Shown: piece after piece, positions 38,686 through 51,697 of the stretch
How positions within the stretch are numbered: the first letter of the stretch is position 1
Layout: the number at the start of each line of letters is the position of its first letter
NCBI RefSeq assembly: GCF_006345805.1
Contig: NC_042999.1
Coordinates: 123,008,001-123,072,000 of the forward strand
Reading direction: 5' to 3'
DNA length: 64,000 bases
Source: Octopus sinensis
Taxonomy: Eukaryota
Notes under the pieces: model-generated
What the model was told of the DNA's origin: nothing
What the model saw: only the letters and a program-made list of their open reading frames with translations
The model's database searches: none
Translations under genes and position numbers: made by a program

Positions 38686-41632
38686 GTGTGTATGTATATA
38701 TATATAAATATATAAATATATATATAAGATTAAATTTATTATGGGCTACAAATACAATACAAAAGTGTATATGTGTTTTTGAAAGAGGGGAATTATCTCA
38801 AAGTCAACCTACTTTATTTGCATATTTGTCAAATTCTACAAATATCACTGTGAATTTAGTGACACCTCAGTATAGATATTAAAAAAAAATCATTTGAGAC
38901 ATTATTTTTACCTCCAGATCAGTTCTGACTCAGTAAGCTTTTCATCTAAGACCATTCCACTCATGACAATCATTCTGCTACTTCTGTGGTGCCTATATAG
39001 GGATATATATGTTGTATGTTCTTTTGCTTTTTAAAACTATAGATGTGTGATTCAAGGGAGATTAGCTACTATTTCTTGCTGATTAAACAACCTTCGGTTT
39101 CCTTTAAATAGTTCTTGGGCATGGTATGTATCATTATGTAACTCTGTGCTTTATCAAAGCTGTTACAAATAACCTGATATTCTTTCTTGTATTGTGAAAC
39201 AGGTTTTTGTGTATCTTTAATTTGATTATTTATGTTGATTATAGATTCTTCCACCAAATGATGAAAAATATTATTTATAAAATAGTGTTTAATTATTTCA
39301 TCATTTTATTTAATTGTTTTAATTAGCTATTCAACTTAATATCGCTATATTGATTTGGTGGTGAACATTTAGTGATTTTTGCAGCTTTTATGCTATTAAT
39401 GACTTTTCCACAATTATGTTGGTTTCATCTGTTATAAAGCCTCATGTTGAAAATTCAAACAACTGTACTGTATTCTTTCACTGGAACATTTGCCATTTAA
39501 TGTAAATAGTCTCTGTTCAGTCATTTCTGTGGGGGGAAAAAAAACAGGAAAAAAATCACTATTTAATGGAAGGCTTGAATTGATCATTCGTACAGTTATT
39601 TCTCTTAATTTCATTCTGTTGAATTCGATTTATATTAGAGTTTTCTTTTACAGAAACTTTCCTCAATTGTATTTACTGTAGTCTGAAGCAACAGCAAAGT
39701 ATAAACTCTAGAAATGTGCACATTTTCAGTGTAAACTTTCTTGTGAAATATTTCAAAAATCACTCATAAAAATTTCATTTCATTAACTGAAAAACAAAAT
39801 AAGAGATTTCAACTATTTTTTTTTATTTCCCAAGTTTGAAAGGTCCAGCTAAATTAACTAATGCAAATATTTACAAGGTAAACACATGAGCAGGTCTTCA
39901 AATGAATAATATATATATATATATATATATATACAATGAAACAAAAGTAGAATTATTTATAGCTTAAGCTATTTGATTTCAGGTACTCTTCCAAATGAGT
40001 ATTTCATCACTGCAAAGACTCTATAACATTTGCTGTTGTAGTATTTGATATTATCGGTCTCGGGATTCTTTTTTTTTTTTAATTATTATATCTGTAAATG
40101 TTCTTTTTCCAATACTATTTCCATTAATTTATGTTTAAAAATTTAGATCCAGAAAAGTATTTCTAAGATACCAATAATTTAACAAACACTTGTTTTACTT
40201 TCCTCTCTTCACACTTTCAACTTTACTCATGTCTTTTGATTTCAGTAAAATCTTGATTACTTCGTATAAATTCAAGAAACATTTCTCTGAAATAAGCGAA
40301 TTCTGCATGTTAATAAGAGTAGCAAAATATTCAATTAGTAGAGAAAAGTAGAGTGTTCTCTAGCTTTGTAGCTAAGATTTTAATTATATTACATTTGTTG
40401 CATTACTAAATGAAATATCTACTATAAAATATAAATTGTACAGCAGTTTCAAGAACATTCTTTCATCTCAGACAGTATTGTTTACTGATCTAACAGAAAC
40501 CAATCATGGGTTTCCTTTAGATCAGTAAATTTAAGATAACTCTTTCAAGTAGAAAGATGTCTACTACTTGACAAATCTGTTGCAGCTCATTTTAGCACTG
40601 CAACAGAAATCACTTAAGAAAACAGTTCACTCAAATCACCTCAATGCTTTGTGATGCTCAATCAGACTGAAAATAACTATATTTTCATTGTATCTGATGT
40701 CTAACTAATATTTATTCAAGTTACATTTAAAGAAGTGTTCTTTCATCTCATCTGAAAATATTCTTCAAAATGTTTAGAAGAATTGCCATATGACTATCAC
40801 TTCTTTCATACTTTCATTTGATTTCATAGCAATTCATATTTGCTAGAACATCTTGCTTACTATCCAGTGTACTGCAAGTAAACAGTTATTAACAATTCTT
40901 AATTTGTACTATTAAACCTCCTTACTTTCATTTCACTCCCTGAGAAAATATTCAGGTAACTTTTCTACTACTATCTGTATAAAAAGCAAACTTTTCTACT
41001 GTGTTTTCTTAGGCATTAACTTTTGATTTTAATTTTTTCAGCTGTTACATCATCTGATGTTCATAACCCCATTTTTAACAATTATGTTTGTTTTTCTAAT
41101 TTTACATCTGAGCTTTTATTTTTTCTAGAAATTCATGTATGCATGAGTAAATATGAGAGAATGTAGATTTACAGTTGTGTTTGCAATGCTTAAAGAATAG
41201 ATTTTAATACTGAGCTTAAATTAAGTCTTGTGTATAAAAATTCTGGTGGTGTGGCTAGACATAATTGAAAAGTTTACTTTGAAACCAAATGGTTTCAAAT
41301 TCAGTCCCACTTAGGTAAAAGTGTGCTCTCCATAGCCCCAGGCTGAATGTAGTTTTGAGTGTATCTGGTTGATGAAAACTGAAAGAACTGTGTAATATAT
41401 AGAGATACTGTAGAACTGTGTTTAAGTTGACTTCACAAATTCATGCCAAAATCACAATATAAACAATGGTGATGGTGATTGAATTATATTCATCATCATT
41501 ATCATCATCATTTTAATGTCCATGCCTATATATATATGTGTGTGTGTGTATATATGTATATCTATATATGTATGTATATATGTGTGTGTGTATATATGTA
41601 TATGTATGTATATATATGTGTGTGTGTGTATA

Positions 41633-41677
<45 letters not shown>

Positions 41678-41916
41678 CTATATATGTATATGTATGTATA
41701 TCTAATATATTTTATTTTAAAAACCAAGGAAAGTAACCCATCCGCTCCTGGAAGGGATCCTCACATATAGGCAAGTGAAATAACCCATTCATTTTCCTGA
41801 ATAATTTGGTAAAAAATGAAATTGAATATGCTTATTTCTTAATATTTGAACTGTTAGAGTTCTTTTCACAATTTATCCAGTACAACCCTTAAACAAGTAA
41901 ATAGTATTTTCCTAAA

Positions 41917-42229
41917 CAATATGTATATGTATGTATGTGTATGTATATATGTATATGTATGTATGTGTATGTATATATGTATGTATGTGTATGTATATTT
42001 ATATATATGTATATGTATGTATATATATATATATGTATATGTATGTATATATATATATATGTATATGTATGTATATATATGTGTATGTATATATATATGT
42101 ATATGTATGTATATATGTATGTGTATGTATATATATATATGTATGTATGTTTATGTATTTATACATATGTATATGTATGTGTATGTATATATGTATATGT
42201 ATGTATATATGTATATGTATGTATGTGTG

Positions 42230-42262
<33 letters not shown>

Positions 42263-42743
42263 GTATGTATGTTTATGTATATATATGTATGTTTATGTAT
42301 ATATATGTATGTATGTTTATGTATATATATGTATGTATGTTTATGTATATATATATATGTATGTTTATGTATATATATGTATGTATGTTTACGTATATAT
42401 ATATATATATGTATGTTTACGTATGTATATATATATGTATGTATGTTTATGTATGTATATATATGTATGTATGTTTATGTATATATATATATATGTATGT
42501 ATGTTTATGTATATATATATATGTATGTATGTTTATGTATATATATGTATGTATGTTTATGTATATATATGTATGTATGTTTATGTATATATATATATAT
42601 ATGTATGTATATATATATATGTATGTGTATCTATATATATGTATATGTATGTTTATGTATATATGTATATGTGTATGTATGTATGTATATATGCATATGT
42701 GTATGTATGTATGTGTATGTATATATGTATATGTATGTATGTG

Positions 42744-42782
<39 letters not shown>

Positions 42783-42943
42783 TATATATATATTATTTAT
42801 GTATATATATATATAATATGTGTGTGTGTGTATATTTATGTATATATATATATGTGTGTGTGTGATATATTTATGTATATATATAGATATGTATATGTGT
42901 GTATATTCTTGCATGTGTATGTATATATATATGTTTAGATGTT

Positions 42944-42983
<40 letters not shown>

Positions 42984-42985
42984 TA
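41917..42985. repeat. About 1.1-kb compound (TA)/(TG)/(TATG) microsatellite
   Basis: Almost entirely A/T/G alternations; source of the long YVCMYI-type artefact ORFs. Confidence 0.97.
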
Positions 42986-43175
42986 TAATTGGTCATCCCT
43001 TAAATGATGTGGCTTAAAAGTAGGTAGTAATTTTACTTTGTCCTTACTCTTAGTGCAAGTTTTGAAGGGTGGAGTTCGATTTCAACAGTTATTTTTTCAA
43101 AGTTATAATGGAAGTGACATAGGAGAATATTCAGTATATTTTTGCTGTTTTGAGTTCAGTAAAGGCAACAACATG
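42985..43175 (+). mobile_element. 5' fragment of the same mariner family
   Basis: TIR-like taattggtcatcccttaaatgatgtgg and aatggaagtgacataggagaatattcagtatattttt match the reverse complement of 31790-32008. Confidence 0.6.
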
Positions 43176-46100
43176 TCTCACTATGTGCAAATGTTACCAT
43201 GCTTGATAACAAACAATGCGTGGTGTACAAGAAGGCTATCAGGCCGTAGGAAAACGTTCCAAGAATTATTTCTGATCCATGTAAAAATAGAAAATGGATA
43301 TTGAAATTATAACGACGATGATTATAACTTAATCACGTTTTTATCATCGTTGTTTTTATTTTTCAGATGTTAGCATGAATTGGATAAGTCAGCTTAAACA
43401 TAGCTGTACAGTATCTCTTCTGTGAGGCTCAGATTCCTGAGATGTGCTCTCACTACTTCTGACCACATTTTTTTCAGTCTTACTATTTTGCATGCTCATT
43501 CTACTTGCATTATTTGACAATTTTCATTCAACTCTCATTCTTTATATACATGACCTGTCCATATCATTCACATCATTGTGAATATATCTGATGTCTAGTT
43601 TTTCCTTTCAGCATTGTAGTTTATAGATACTGCCATTATATATCCAACAGAGTATACTCACTGTGTTTCTTTTCTGCCTTCATATATTTGTTATATATGG
43701 CACTAATGTTCCCCTGTCATACATTTTCACTTGGGACATGTGATTAATTATATTTTTATCACACATAGACAGGCATACACTTCCTTTTAGTCGCATAATA
43801 ATTCTTTGTTGAAATCTTTCTGTTTTTGGCTATATTCAACCGGAATTCACTATAAAATATATGTGTTATGCTGTAGAGAGACAAAAGAAAAAATAGTTTC
43901 ATTTGAAATCATTAGTTGATAAAGTTTTATAGAATGGAGAGTTGCTAAAATAGAAACTGAAGAACAATTTTTGGAAGAAATGGAATACTTGCATGTAACA
44001 GATAAATTAAATAAGATAATGCAATTAATATATAAGAAATAAAGAAAAAGAAAGCCATCAGAAAATAAAGAGGCTGTATTCATACAAAGAAAAACTAAAT
44101 AGAAAAACAACATTATAGTGGTGAGTTTAGGAGACTTTCAATTTGGTTTATACCTCAGAGGTATATAGATCTTTGGAATGATAAGTATTTTTAGCTTCCC
44201 TTTATTTATTTTTTATTTTTATTTTCAATTAGTTGACAAAATATTCTTGTATTGATTATGTTTGCTGATTTTCTTTTCCTTAGTAAAAATATATTAGGTA
44301 TGCAACACTTAATGTTGTTATGCTAGCTACCTTAAGGGCTGCATTGTAAATTTGAATCTTCTGCTATACATCTACTAAGGATTCTTCATCAAAATTAGAT
44401 GAATTTTCTATCCTCTTGGCATGTCAAATTATATGCACATTTTACTCTAGAAATGTTTTAAACATTTTTTTCTATTTAAATTTATACTAATAAAATTTTG
44501 CTTCACATTACTATTTTATTTTATTTTATTTTATTTTGAAGAATTACCTATTTTCACATGAACCCAGTAATTTGTTTTTATTTCTGTGAAGAATTGTTGG
44601 TTATATTTGTTTATTGATTTGGGTCATATTCGTTATTTATCTCTGTTTATATTGAGAAATTATGTTAGTTCTCTACTTGATAATGAAATAATTTATTCCA
44701 CTGCACTTTACTATGAAATCTCTGCTTTTGATGGTCATTCTTGCTTTCAAGACTTATTTTATGCTAAAAGCTTGCTTCGAGTTTTTAATAAGACTGGAAT
44801 ATAAATTCATAGATTTATTTATTTATTAATTTAAACAATGTAGTGGAATCACTGTGTATTGCATTTCACTGTTGCATTCTTCAAATTTAATACTTTTGAT
44901 TTTGAATTTCTTGACATTCATGCTAGCACAGATGTACATACTAGAAATTCTGATATTTGCTCCATTAAATACCGTTGCCATTGTCAGTTAGTCACCGATG
45001 AAATAGAAATTGTTTATGGTAGTTAAATGAAATAATGTTTCTTTATCACCAGCAGATGTTTTGCACTAAAGTAACTGTGATTAAATTATGAAACTTTTCT
45101 GGAAGTTACCCAAAATCCACTACTTCAGTCAAATTGTCCACTTAATCTTAAATCTGTTGTTTCCAACTCTTGGATTTTTTCAAAATCTTATTTGTACAAA
45201 CATCCAATATAATTTACACAAGCAATAACGGATCTGAACAAAAATACTTGACTAAATATCACACAATAGTTGCAGTCTTACCAATGACTCAGTGCTAGCT
45301 AGTTAGAACTATTATGTAGCTTGCAATTCTGACTTAGAATATTGTTTGTTTTAGATATCATTTACATGTTTATATTACTCGTGAACATTACTTGCCTATC
45401 TCCTAGATGGTAATTAAGCCTTAATGTAAATAAAACCCTAATGTAAATAATGATTATAAATACACCTCCATACTTAATATATAGACAAGACAAGCCAACA
45501 AAGAACCTCTATGCATTTATTCAGCTAACTAGAAACAGCAGCCATGCCTCATTCATGTTTTTCTTTACCCAATGTGAACAACAATTGTTTAGCTTGCCAT
45601 ACTATAACAAAAATGTTTTAAGAAATATTTTTAAAAAGGCTTTAGATGAACCAGCAAGTATATAAGATTACCCTTTAATCTTATATACTTTATCCTTTAA
45701 GGACCATGTGATGCAAGCCATTCCATTACCATTAAGCAAAATCAGTTCTTAAAATTCCCAGTTTGATTTACAGATTTACTTCTACAAATGGAAACAACTA
45801 GATTCATAATAGCTTCAGAATTGATCACACATTTATGACTTTGTAATAACATACAATTATGTTGGATGGCACATTTCTAAGACATCCATAAAATGATAAT
45901 CAGTAACTATACTTAAAATGAAACCACATAAAATTAACATAAAATAAAATTTATGCATAAAAAAAATAGAAAAATCACCATTTTTCTGCATAACAAACAT
46001 AACAGATTCACTTTTTAAAAACAGCATTATCGATGACATAAATACTGAAAGTAGAATAATTATTGATGGTACAAATATATCTCCCAGGAGGTAAAAAATA

Positions 46101-46259
46101 TCTTGTTATATTAAATAACTATATGAATTGCAACTAACATATCAACTGAGTAGTTACTCCGACTCTGCTCTCTCTAATATAAACATGATCAAGATACTCC
46201 TTATCATAGATCAGTTTGTTTTTTGTAATAATGCTTCCTGATTTATGAGGCCAATAGGT

Positions 46260-46477
46260 TTAACCCTTTAGCATTTGAAATGGTCCTATCTGCCCTAAAT
46301 ATTTCACCTGTTTTATGCTCAAACTGACCAGATCCAGCCTTTCACACCTACTCTACAGTATCATTCGAAACGTAAACGATTAAATGTCAAAGCTATGATA
46401 TTATGTATGATTAATTCAAAACAATATGAATGAATAAGCATTACATTTGACAGAGTAATTTGGATGCTAATGGGTCA
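46260..46477. mobile_element. piggyBac-like MITE
   Basis: Left end TTAACCCTTTAGCATT, right end gATGCTAATGGGTCA (decayed inverted copy); about 220 bp and non-coding. Confidence 0.5.
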
Positions 46478-48050
46478 GGCGGTGAGAGGAAGTACCAATG
46501 AAGTACTGAGGTCAATGACATCAGTTCTTCATTGGTACTTCATTTTATCACCTACCAAAGATGAAAGGGAATGTCAACCTTAGTAAGATTTGGACCTAGA
46601 ATGCAAAGGAACAAATGCAAAAAATCATTTTTTCAACAGTGTAACATCTCTGTCCACTTAGCTTCTTTATTGGTAATGCCATTGTGTTTAAAAACTTCCC
46701 TATTGTAAGGCCTTCTTTGTTTTTATATATGATTCAAACAACAACATGGGAAGGTTTAAAACTTCAAAACTATAGTGTCTGTACTTTTCCTAATATTCTT
46801 TTCTTTTCATCCCCCACTTTTTTTTTGCCAAATCTGAAATTTGTCTAAAACTGAAAACAATGCCAAAGGATTTGTTTGAACAGACAGCACTAGCCAATAC
46901 ATTCTACATAAACCAGCCAATCATTTCATTCCCCTCGTCAAAATTAAATAAAATGAAATAAGTCTTCCCTTGTCATTTCAGCTATTCTTCTCAGATACTT
47001 TCTTAATTGCATTACAGAGATGGTTGAGGCTGTAACATCAATCATCTCTATAATGACCAACCTTTCATTTGTTTCTTTTCAGCTGAGATACTTTTAAATA
47101 CTTTCTTTTTGCACCATTGAAAATTACAAACATATCAGTACTTAATCCTAATATATTGTTGGAATTCATAGTTAACTGACTGGTTTGAATCAAAAATTGT
47201 TCTGAAAAATAAGCTGCCCTAAACATGAGAAACCAATATAGAATCTACCCACAGTGTTGTTTCCTCATGTTATTAACATTTGCATTTATTAGACATATTA
47301 GTTGCCTTACTTGTTACCAACAAACTCTACATTCAATAATATGGAAATCCTGCTGCAAATCCAATATTCCAGGAGTTAATGTCTATACTCTATGATATTC
47401 ACCTAAGCTAGTCATGGATCTCTATCATTTGATAATGAGGATTCAATTAATCAATCAACTGAAATATCTACTCCTGAGTTAACATGTAAATAACTGAGCA
47501 TTTAGCAGCCATGAGTATCCTTCATGTAATTCTCAGGTAGAAACAATGCAATATAGGGACAAGATTGTTTTTTTTCAATTCACTTGATGGGTCTTTATAC
47601 AATTTCCTTTTACCCAGTTTCACTCACAAGAGATGGGTTTCTCTAAGACTATAGAAAAGGACATTTGTTCAAAAGGCCACACATTGGTCTCAAACCCAAG
47701 ATCTCATGGTTTGGAAGTAAACTTTGTAACATATAACCATACTGTGCCTATTGTAGGTTAATAACACTGTATTACAAGGAAAAAATAAAAGAAAGCATTT
47801 TCAGCTTTTTAAATGTCTTCTGTTAATAATACCTTATTATTCTAAAAATCTTCTTTCCTTTAGTGTATTGTGAGCTTAAATTTTGAGACAATATTTAATT
47901 TAGAAATAGTGCCAGAAACAAGGCTTTTCTGCTAAAAGTTGCTCTCGCCTTGTCAGAGAGCACTTTATTTGTGTATAATATTATGTTTTGTGAAATTTGA
48001 TTTAGTATTTCTAAATTGAATTTTTCCCTGTAAGTTTGGAATAATATTCC

Positions 48051-48099
<49 letters not shown>

Positions 48100-48674
48100 T
48101 ATTATTATTATTATACATATATATATATGTGTGTGTGTGTGTGTGTATGTATGTAAAGGAGATAAATGCTTATTCATGTATTCTCCCCAGTATTTTCATA
48201 TCCTCTGTACATTAAGTAGAGCAATTCGTTTGAATTACTGAATACTTTGCAAATTTATTTTATATGAATTAATCTACTAGCCCTAAGTTTATTGCATGTG
48301 TGTGTTTAGTGTGTGTGTGTGTAATAAATAGCATGATGGCTGAAGATATTCCAATACTGAAACTAATTAGTTCAATAAATAGTTTAGAAAGCAAAAAAAA
48401 GGAAGAAAAAAAAACCCTTCTTTGTATTTTGATTTGTATGCTCTAGGGAGTGCAATTCCAATGACTACATTTAAAACTAATGCTATTTTGTAAAGATATT
48501 CATTCAATTGATACTGGTTATGTAGTATTGATTTTATTTTATTTCCTCTTTTCTTCAAAAATTGACACCAACTAAGAAAATTCTCTTATGCATGGAAAGA
48601 TTTAAAAATAACTCCTCACATTTTCATCATCATCATCACCATCACCAACATCATCATCACCATCATTATAGCAG

Positions 48675-49775
48675 CAGCAAGCTGGCAGAATTGTTAGCAT
48701 GCTGGGTAAAATGCTTGGTGGCAGTTTAGTGTGTGTCTGTGTGTGTGTGTTTAAATTCTGAGTTCAAATTCTGCCAAGGTTAACTTTGCTTTGTATCTTT
48801 TCGGGGTTGATAAAATGAATACCAGTTGAGTATTGAGGTTGATGTAATTGACTTACCCCTCCCTAGGAATTGCTGGCCCTGTGCCAAAATTTGAAATCAT
48901 TGTTATTATTATTGTTGTTTCTGATTTAGGCATAAAGCCAACAATTTTGAGGGAAGGGGTTAGCCAATACTATTGATCCCAACACTTATCCCACTATAAT
49001 ATTTTTATCAACCACAGAGAGTGGAACAGCGAAATTTCATCAAGGCAAGGTTTGAATTCAATATCTATCTTGCCTTTCATTCCTCTGGAGTTGATAAAAT
49101 AAAATGCCAATCATATTTTGTGGTTGCTTATTTTGACTAACCACTTCTGCTCACTATAGTTGGTCTTGTACCTGAACTAGAAGCAATTATTATTATTATT
49201 TTATTAATATTTCAAAGTGGCTAGCTGGCAGAATTGGTAGCATGCTGAGTAAAAAGGTTAGCAGCATTTCATCCACCTTTACATACTGAGTTCAAATTCC
49301 ACTGAGGTTGGCTTTTCCTTTCACCCTTTTGGGGGTCGATAAAATAAGTACCAACTGAGTACTGGAGTTGATATAATGGACTTACACCTGCCTCCAAAAT
49401 TGCAGGCCTTGTGCCTAAATTTATAATCATTATTATTATTAACATTCAAAGCTGACAAAATATAAGTATCAGGCACTAGGGATGATTTGGTTGACTATAA
49501 CTTCCTTTTCCATATCTGAAAACAGTTTCAGTGTAAGAAGTTATAATCATGTTAATATTAGGGTTTGGAGTGGCAGAATTATTAGTATTGGTCAAAATGC
49601 AGCATTTGTGGAAGCTCTATATATTGCAAGTTCAAATCCTGCCAAGGCCAAATTCACCTTTTTGTTCTTCCAGTCGATGAAATAAAGTACCAGCCAAGTG
49701 CTTTGGTCAAATGTCATTGACTACACCCTCATAAAACTGCTAACCTTGTACCTAAATTTGGAACAACTATTACTG
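48675..49775. mobile_element. Cluster of about five SINE A copies or fragments, one inverted
   Basis: Plus copies at about 48675-48910, 49050-49200, 49215-49440 and 49565-49775; minus fragment at about 48915-49060. Confidence 0.75.
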
Positions 49776-49890
49776 TTTATTTTGATTCTTTTATCATTGA
49801 TATTGCCTTTCTTTTCAGATTTTATTATATTAGCACTAGAGATTATGGATGACATGTGTGTGTGTGCTCACATGTATATGTGTCTATTTT

Positions 49891-49990
49891 TACAAGAGGT
49901 GCTGAAAAGTTCCTGGCTTTAAGGTATTGTAAAAGACCTGGTGAAAGACTTAACCGGTCAATGGATTTGGCATACCAAATCCATCATCTG
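49891..49990 (+). mobile_element. Mariner-like TIR fragment
   Basis: TACAAGAGGTGCTGAAAAGTTCCTGGCTTT resembles a mariner terminal repeat; no coding sequence. Confidence 0.4.
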
Positions 49991-50034
49991 GTTATGTAAG
50001 AAATTATTATTATTACTATTATTATTATTATTAT

Positions 50035-50345
50035 ATCACCGTGATCACTGTGACTGATCAGGCTATCAGATGTTGCTACACATCACTGGTCACAATGTGC
50101 TTTGCATTGTTTTAGCCTTCAAACAACGCCGCCCCACTAGCTAAGCGAGCAGGCCAACAGAAGAAAGAGTGAGAGAAAGTTGTGGCAAAAGAGCACAGCA
50201 GGCATTGCCACCACCCCCTGCCAGAGCCTTGTGGAGCTTTAGGTGTTTTCACTCAATAAACACTCACAACGCCCGGTCTGGGAATCAAAACCGTGATCCT
50301 ACGACTGCGAGTCCACTTCCCTAACCACTGGGCCATTGCGCCTCC
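50035..50345 (-). mobile_element. tRNA-derived SINE (head related to family D)
   Basis: Reverse-complement head ggaggcgcaatggcccagtggttagggaagtggactcgcagtcgtaggatcacggttttgattcccagaccgggcg has A- and B-box-like motifs but continues into a SINE body. Confidence 0.75.
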
Positions 50346-50373
50346 ACTCATATATATATATATATATATATAT

Positions 50374-51588
50374 CATCATCATCATCATCATCATCATTTA
50401 GCGTCCGTTTTCCATGCTAGCATGGGTTGGACGGTTCTACTGGGGTCTGTGAAGCCAGAAGGCTTCATCAGGCCCAGTCAAATCTGGCAGTGTTTCTACG
50501 GCTGGATGCCCTTCCTAACGCCAACCACTCCGTGAGTGTAGTGGGTGCTTTTTACGTGCCACCCGCACTGGTGCCAGACAGAGCTGGCAAACGGCCACGA
50601 ACGGATGGTGCTTTTTATGTGCCACCGGCACGAGGGCCAGGCGAGGCTGGCAACGGACACGAAACGGGGCGGTGCTGGCAACGGTCGCGAAACGGAAAGT
50701 TCTCTTACATGCCACCGGCACTGGTAACACATCTGCAATTTCCATTGATCGATTTCCATTGATCGATTTCGGTTCTGATCCTCTATTGCCTCAATGGGTC
50801 TTCACAAGCAGAGTTTCGACATGCCACCGGCACTGGTAGCACATCCGCAATTTCCATTGATCGATTTCGATTCTGATCCTCACTTGCCTCAACACATCTT
50901 CACAAGTAGAGTTTTGTGTCCCAAGAAGGGAAGGTATGCATACGTAGGCTGGCTCCATCCCATGTAGAAGGCCACGGTTGTGGACTCACTTGTCCTGCCG
51001 GGTCTTCTCGCGCACAGCACACTTCCAGAGGTCTCGGTCTCTAGTCATTTCCTCAGTGAGACCTAAAGTTCGAAGGTCATGCTTCACCACCTCGTCCCAG
51101 GTTTTCCTGGGTCTGCCTCTTCCACAGGTTCCCTCAACCGCTAGGGTGTGGCACTTTTTCACACAACTATCTTCATCCATTCTCGCCACATGACCATACC
51201 AGCGCAAACGTCTCTCTTGCACACCACAACTGATGCTTCTTAGGTCCAGCTTTTCTCTCAAGGTACTTACACTCTGCCGAGTGTGAGTACCGGCATTACA
51301 CATCCATCGGAGCATACTGGCTTCATTTCTAGCGAGCTTACGCATATCCTCAGCAGTCACGGCCCATGTTTCACTGCCATGTAGCATGGCTGTTCGTACA
51401 CACGCATCATACAGTCTGCCTTTCACTCTGTGCGAGAGGCCTTTTGTCACCAGCAGAGGTAAGAGCTCTCTGAACTTTGCCCAAGCTATTCTTACTCTAG
51501 CAGTTACACTTTCAGCACACCCACCCCCGCTGCTGACTTGGTCACCTAGGTAACGGAAACTATCAACTATTTCTAGTTTTTCTCCCTG
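50374..51588 (-). mobile_element. 5'-truncated RTE-clade LINE, copy 1, with (ATG)n tail
   Basis: Open frame 51588-50986 encodes the RT C-terminal region (KLEIVDSFRYLG...RIAWAKFRELLPLL...LHGSETW...RRLRWYGHVARM...GRGRPRKTW). Followed by a ~0.6-kb 3' UTR and a (CAT)n run on plus at 50374-50397. Confidence 0.93.
50986..51588 (-). CDS. Truncated RTE ORF, C-terminal 200 aa, uninterrupted
   Basis: ORF track 50986-51450 extends in frame to 51588 (QGEKLEIVDSFRYLGDQVSSGGGCAES). No stops or frameshifts, which suggests a fairly young insertion. No initiation region. Confidence 0.85.
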   Translation of the reverse strand, partial: QGEKLEIVDSFRYLGDQVSSGGGCAESVTARVRIAWAKFRELLPLLVTKGLSHRVKGRLYDACVRTAMLHGSETWAVTAEDMRKLARNEASMLRWMCNAGTHTRQSVSTLREKLDLRSISCGVQERRLRWYGHVARMDEDSCVKKCHTLAVEGTCGRGRPRKTWDEVVKHDLRTLGLTEEMTRDRDLWKCAVREKTRQDK

Positions 51589-51598
51589 ATATATACAA

Positions 51599-51697
<99 letters not shown>

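Noticed and set aside
41728-41790. Peptide [15 protein letters not shown] resembling a family A DNA polymerase motif
   Set aside because: No usable acceptor, sits between microsatellites, and is too short to be significant.
41921-42914. Long ORFs of 155-314 aa, and similar YI/VC/HT-rich ORFs throughout the window
   Set aside because: These are translations of (TA)/(TG)/(CA) microsatellites that happen to lack stop codons.
45450-45665. 71-aa ORF as a possible exon (45485-45657)
   Set aside because: Both splice sites are weak and the peptide is unrecognised; not supportable without RNA data.
50270-50345. tRNA gene
   Set aside because: A/B-box-like head continues into a SINE body with no proper acceptor stem; the same applies to the heads of the other SINE families.
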